Part shown: positions 60,195-64,000 of the stretch, piece by piece
How positions within the stretch are numbered: position 1 is the stretch's first letter
Layout of the letters: each line of letters starts with the position of its first letter
Assembly (NCBI GenBank): GCA_049967475.1
Contig: JBMFSQ010000002.1
Coordinates: forward strand, 192,001-256,000
DNA length: 64,000 bases
DNA from: Chthonomonadales bacterium
Lineage (GTDB): Bacteria; Armatimonadota; Chthonomonadetes; Chthonomonadales; CAJBBX01
Direction: 5' to 3'
Position numbers and translations under genes: made by a program
The notes under the pieces: generated by a model
Databases searched by the model: none
What the model was told of the DNA's origin: nothing
The model's input: the letters and a program-made list of their open reading frames with translations, nothing else

Positions 60195-61811
60195 TCAGCT
60201 TCTTTCGAGCACCACCAGCCAGTCGCCAATGGCTTCTGCGTGGCCGGCGGTGGGATTGCTGAGCTGCGCGGTCCCGTCGTCATGCGGAACGACCATTCCC
60301 AGCCGATACTCCTGGCCCGTTGCCGGATCATAGCACTGCGCCCGCCAGGCATCGCCTCCCAAGCCGCGCACCTCAAGGTCCAGCGGCTCGGGCGCGTAGA
60401 GGATGCGCACATCGCTGCTTCCGGCGGCGTACGGTGCGTGCCAGCGGTCACGCGCTTCAGAACCCGGGCGATAGTCCACCCATTCCGGATGCGGTTCAAA
60501 GCGCCACCAATCATAACGCTCCAGAAGCTTCTTGGCCCATCCCAATTGAGCGGAGCCAGGGAGGTGCATGGCTTGGTTCCAAGGCGTAGGCCCATAAGTA
60601 CCCCCATGAGGCGAGGCGCCGTAGGGGGCATTCTCCCGGTTCAATTGCCAGATGCCGTTGGCGCCGTAGGTGTGCCCGCATGCACCACTCAGGATGCAGG
60701 TCCAAAACATGAGGCGTTGCACATCCGCATGACACCTGCCCAGAATGCCTTCGTAATTCACCTCTGAATTGAGGACCGGCATCGTCGGTTTCTGGGCCCG
60801 GGACCAGCGCACCGTCTCCACCGTAGGTGCGAGGCTCTCGCGGTCTCCATGACCCGTCTGGAGCATATCGAAATCGAGCAGACTGGGATCGTCAATGGCG
60901 CATCGGGCGCTCAGCCTCCCAAGCCCGGTGGGATGGATGGACACGAGGCGGTGGAAAGGGTCTGTTTGCCGCACATACCGGGCAACTTCCGTCCAGCCAT
61001 GGACCGCGCGGCGATCCTCGAAGGGAAAGCCCGGCTCGAGATACCACGGGAGGTTGGCCTCGCCGGCGATGCACCAGACTACTGGGTAGGCCCCCCACCG
61101 CGCTATGAGATACCGCCAGTGCTCCTTCATGCGATCCAGCCCAAGCCAAGGAAGGTAGTATCCCCACGCACCCACGATGCAAGGCACGATGCCGTTATCC
61201 ACCAGGTGCGCGATGCGGTGATCGGCCCAATCGAAGTAGATGGGCCGAATGGCGGACCAATCCGGTTCCCATGGAAAGCCTCCTTCATTGGCGCCGCGTT
61301 CATCGAAGGCGCCCATGTCCGGATAGAGGCCTGCCACGATCTGCACCACATTGAAACCCTTTGCCACGCGGTCTGAAACGAGCTCTCGAAACTCGTCAGG
61401 CCAGTGGATCCGCTTACACAAACCCATCCACCACGTGTCTCCCAGCCAGAAGAACGGGGTCCCGTCTGCGTGCTGAAGGGTTCGCCGGCTCTGCGACAGG
61501 CGCAACGCTCCGTGCCGAAACAGCGGATTGGGACCCTCATAAGGCGTTACGATGAGGCTCCCTTCCACATCATTCAGGCCATGGTCCCGCGCATCCGCAC
61601 ACAGGGTGCGGAAGCTGTGCAGGCCCACCTCTCCTGATGAGTAGCGCACCTTCCACAGAGAGCCGCCCGCCCAAAAGGCCGGCACCCGCGCGGTTTCGCC
61701 GGATGGCGCGGTAAAGAGGACGTCCACCGTCACGTCCTTATCGAGCGGGGCACTATGGCGGGCTGAGTTGAAAGTTATCTCTGCCACGTGGTTTGCAGGC
61801 ACATTGAGCAT
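60195..61811 (-). CDS. DUF5060/DUF4038 apiosidase-like protein, no signal peptide
   Basis: DGTPFFWLGDTWW, KGFNVVQ, YLIARWGAYP, GHTYGANGIWQ; GGAGG RBS before ATG 61811. Confidence 0.85.
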   Translation of the reverse strand: MLNVPANHVAEITFNSARHSAPLDKDVTVDVLFTAPSGETARVPAFWAGGSLWKVRYSSGEVGLHSFRTLCADARDHGLNDVEGSLIVTPYEGPNPLFRHGALRLSQSRRTLQHADGTPFFWLGDTWWMGLCKRIHWPDEFRELVSDRVAKGFNVVQIVAGLYPDMGAFDERGANEGGFPWEPDWSAIRPIYFDWADHRIAHLVDNGIVPCIVGAWGYYLPWLGLDRMKEHWRYLIARWGAYPVVWCIAGEANLPWYLEPGFPFEDRRAVHGWTEVARYVRQTDPFHRLVSIHPTGLGRLSARCAIDDPSLLDFDMLQTGHGDRESLAPTVETVRWSRAQKPTMPVLNSEVNYEGILGRCHADVQRLMFWTCILSGACGHTYGANGIWQLNRENAPYGASPHGGTYGPTPWNQAMHLPGSAQLGWAKKLLERYDWWRFEPHPEWVDYRPGSEARDRWHAPYAAGSSDVRILYAPEPLDLEVRGLGGDAWRAQCYDPATGQEYRLGMVVPHDDGTAQLSNPTAGHAEAIGDWLVVLERS

Positions 61812-61827
61812 GGACGGAGCCTCCCGT

Positions 61828-61839
61828 GCGAACGTTTGC
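61828..61839. promoter_or_regulatory. Putative LacI operator GCGAACGTTTGC
   Basis: One mismatch to the operators at 2600/2666; immediately upstream of the RBS. Confidence 0.45.
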
Positions 61840-61908
61840 CGGTAGCCATTCCACACGCACCTACGAAGCACCTGCGTGCCGCTGTGGAGTGCCCGCAAGG
61901 GCTGCGAA

Positions 61909-61938
61909 TTGACATGGAAGAGGACCCCGGCTTATAAT
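61909..61938 (+). promoter_or_regulatory. Consensus sigma70 promoter of PBP gene
   Basis: TTGACA-18-TATAAT, ATG 9 nt downstream. Confidence 0.8.
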
Positions 61939-61947
61939 CTGGGTATC

Positions 61948-64000
61948 ATGTCCAAACGTGTTGCCTCGATTGCGGCTCGCAGGCGTGCAGCGCGACGGCC
62001 GCCTACGCTCAAGAAGCGCCTCAAGAACTTCGCCGCCCTGCTGGCCCTCATCATCCTCACTGGTGTGGCGGTACTTGCCGTCTATCTCGTCCTGATCTTT
62101 ATCGAGGTGTCCCGCAATCTGCCGTCCGTAGACGAGATCAACAATATGCAGCCCACACAGGGGACGCAGATCTTCTTCGCAGACGGCACACAGATGGCTG
62201 TAATCGGCGCCGAGAACCGCCAACCTGTAAAATTGGACGCCATCAGCAAGCATCTGATTGACGCAACCATAGCAGTTGAGGACAGCCGCTTCTTTGAGCA
62301 TCGCGGCATAGACTTAAGATCTATTCTCCGGGCGGCCTATCGCGATGCCGTCGGCGGCGACGTTCGCGAAGGAGCCAGCACAATTACCCAGCAGCTTGCG
62401 CGCAACATCAGCGCTTTGGGGCTCACGCGGCGAAAGCTCCTGCGGCGGAAGATTGCTGAGGCGATGCTCGCTGTGCGCATCGAGCAGTCTTTCACAAAGG
62501 ATGAGATCCTGGAACTGTATCTCAACCGTATCTATTACGGAAACGGTGCCTACGGGGCGGAGGCTGCAGCGGAAGCCTATTTCCACAAGCACGCCAAGGA
62601 TCTCACTCTGGCGGAAGCCGCATGGCTCGCCGGGCTTCCCCAGCGCCCGGCCTATTATTCGGCTCCAGCCCATCGAGACCAATCCCTCCGGCGAAGGGAC
62701 ACAGTTCTCGAGCGCATGGTGGAAACCGGCAAGATTACCCCGGAAGAGCGGGACGCAGCGACGGCAGAACCGCTGCACATTTTCAAAGCCCAGCCTTCCG
62801 GAAGCCGCATCTATGCCGCACCGTACGTGGTCAATTACGTGGTACACCAACTGACCCAGTACTACGGCCCCGACGCTATCTACAACGGCATGAAGGTGTA
62901 TACCACCCTCGATCCGCGCATCCAGAAGATTGCCGAACAGACCCTTGCCGATGGCGTCCGCCGCTCCGGCGTGGCGAACCAGGGCGCACTCATATGCATA
63001 GACAACCGTACGGGCTTCATCCGTGCGATGGTGGGCGGTTTGGATTATCAACGGGATCAGTTCAATGTGGTGGTTCAGGGCGTTCGGCAACCGGGAAGCT
63101 GCTTCAAGCCTATCGTGTACACCGCCGCCCTGGACACAGGCAAGGTAACCCTGGATACGCGGTATCGCGACGATCCCAGCCTCCCCGGTGAGCACGCCGG
63201 CAACAAATGGCATCCCAAGAATTACAGTGGTCGCTACAGCTACCGCCGCATCACGGTCCTCGACGCAATCAAGCATTCCATCAATACCGTGGCAGTAAAG
63301 GTTGCCATGGACACCGGTCTGGACACCGTGATCGCTTATGCCCGCAAAATGGGTATCACAACGCCTCTGGCTCCCTATGCGCCGCTCGCACTGGGCGCCT
63401 CGGGCGTACGGCCCATCGAACTGTGTGAAGCCTATACCGTATTCGCTACAAATGGAAAGCGTGCTGTTCCCCAGTGCCTCAAAGCCACGCGTACCTCCGC
63501 CGACGACCCTGTAGATGAGTGGGCACCACGCCTTGAGGACGTAGGGTTCCAGTCGCACACCCTTTCGGACATGAACGAAGCCCTGCGGGAAGTGGTGCTC
63601 CACGGAACCGGTACCATGGCAGCCGACGTGCCGAATGCCCATGGTAAAACGGGCACCACGAGCGACTCCCGAGACGCCTGGTTTGCAGGATACACCCCAG
63701 AGCTCACCACGGTCGTATGGGTCGCTCACGAGAACCGGATGCGCAGCGGCCGCCTCAACCCCAAAGAGCCTTACCTACCCATGCCCGGGGCTACCGGCGG
63801 CCACTTGTGTGCGCCAATCTGGCGGGACTTCATGCTCAAGGCAGTTCCCATCCAAATGCAGGCGAACCAGTCACTCAATGCGCCCGCGCAGAGCGCCCCC
63901 CAGCTTCATCCTTCTCCGCAGCGCACGGCCGCGGAAAACATCACCGCCCGTTCGGCTACACCTGCCCGTGCCTCACAAGGTGCCATCATGCCGCCCAGCC
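61948..64000 (+). CDS. Class A penicillin-binding protein (PBP1A-like), 3' truncated; absent from ORF track because no stop in window
   Basis: Manual translation: EDSRFFEHRGID, GASTITQQLARN, KDEILELYLN, QPGSCFK (SxxK), SIN, GKTGT. Confidence 0.93.
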   Translation, partial: MSKRVASIAARRRAARRPPTLKKRLKNFAALLALIILTGVAVLAVYLVLIFIEVSRNLPSVDEINNMQPTQGTQIFFADGTQMAVIGAENRQPVKLDAISKHLIDATIAVEDSRFFEHRGIDLRSILRAAYRDAVGGDVREGASTITQQLARNISALGLTRRKLLRRKIAEAMLAVRIEQSFTKDEILELYLNRIYYGNGAYGAEAAAEAYFHKHAKDLTLAEAAWLAGLPQRPAYYSAPAHRDQSLRRRDTVLERMVETGKITPEERDAATAEPLHIFKAQPSGSRIYAAPYVVNYVVHQLTQYYGPDAIYNGMKVYTTLDPRIQKIAEQTLADGVRRSGVANQGALICIDNRTGFIRAMVGGLDYQRDQFNVVVQGVRQPGSCFKPIVYTAALDTGKVTLDTRYRDDPSLPGEHAGNKWHPKNYSGRYSYRRITVLDAIKHSINTVAVKVAMDTGLDTVIAYARKMGITTPLAPYAPLALGASGVRPIELCEAYTVFATNGKRAVPQCLKATRTSADDPVDEWAPRLEDVGFQSHTLSDMNEALREVVLHGTGTMAADVPNAHGKTGTTSDSRDAWFAGYTPELTTVVWVAHENRMRSGRLNPKEPYLPMPGATGGHLCAPIWRDFMLKAVPIQMQANQSLNAPAQSAPQLHPSPQRTAAENITARSATPARASQGAIMPPS

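Noticed and set aside
62314..63729. 471-aa minus-strand ORF
   Set aside because: Shadow of the plus-strand PBP, which carries all catalytic motifs.
1..64000. tRNA, rRNA, prophage or IS elements
   Set aside because: No such signatures recognised by eye; tRNAscan-SE and cmscan were not run.

Overview
GC-rich, gene-dense bacterial chromosome segment with about 44 CDS. No rRNA, tRNA, CRISPR, integrase or transposase was seen. Prepilin/DUF1559-type genes, FlgD-Ig-tailed secreted proteins and DUF4038 proteins suggest Armatimonadota (inference only). Housekeeping genes include a YqgF-like nuclease, LOG, peroxiredoxin, murJ, nifJ/PFOR with a DHODH-like gene and ferredoxin, folP, dnaE and a class A PBP. 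Sugar-use genes include xylA, a xylB-like kinase, two DUF4038 proteins and a beta-helix enzyme. The best candidate novel system lies at 26.8-37.7 kb. A CRP regulator with a canonical RETVxR recognition helix sits head-to-head with a class III nucleotide cyclase-STAND ATPase-TPR protein. About 5 kb away, across an RND pump, a secreted subtilase has two perfect tandem CRP boxes (TGTGA-N6-TCACA) in activating position and a C-terminal tail of 14 NAIWG(E) hexapeptides conserved at protein level. This could be a protease-released-peptide / cAMP feedback circuit. A second candidate is a LacI - prepilin(DUF1559) - small single-TM companion cassette that occurs twice beside glycan genes, plus an identifiable LacI operator.
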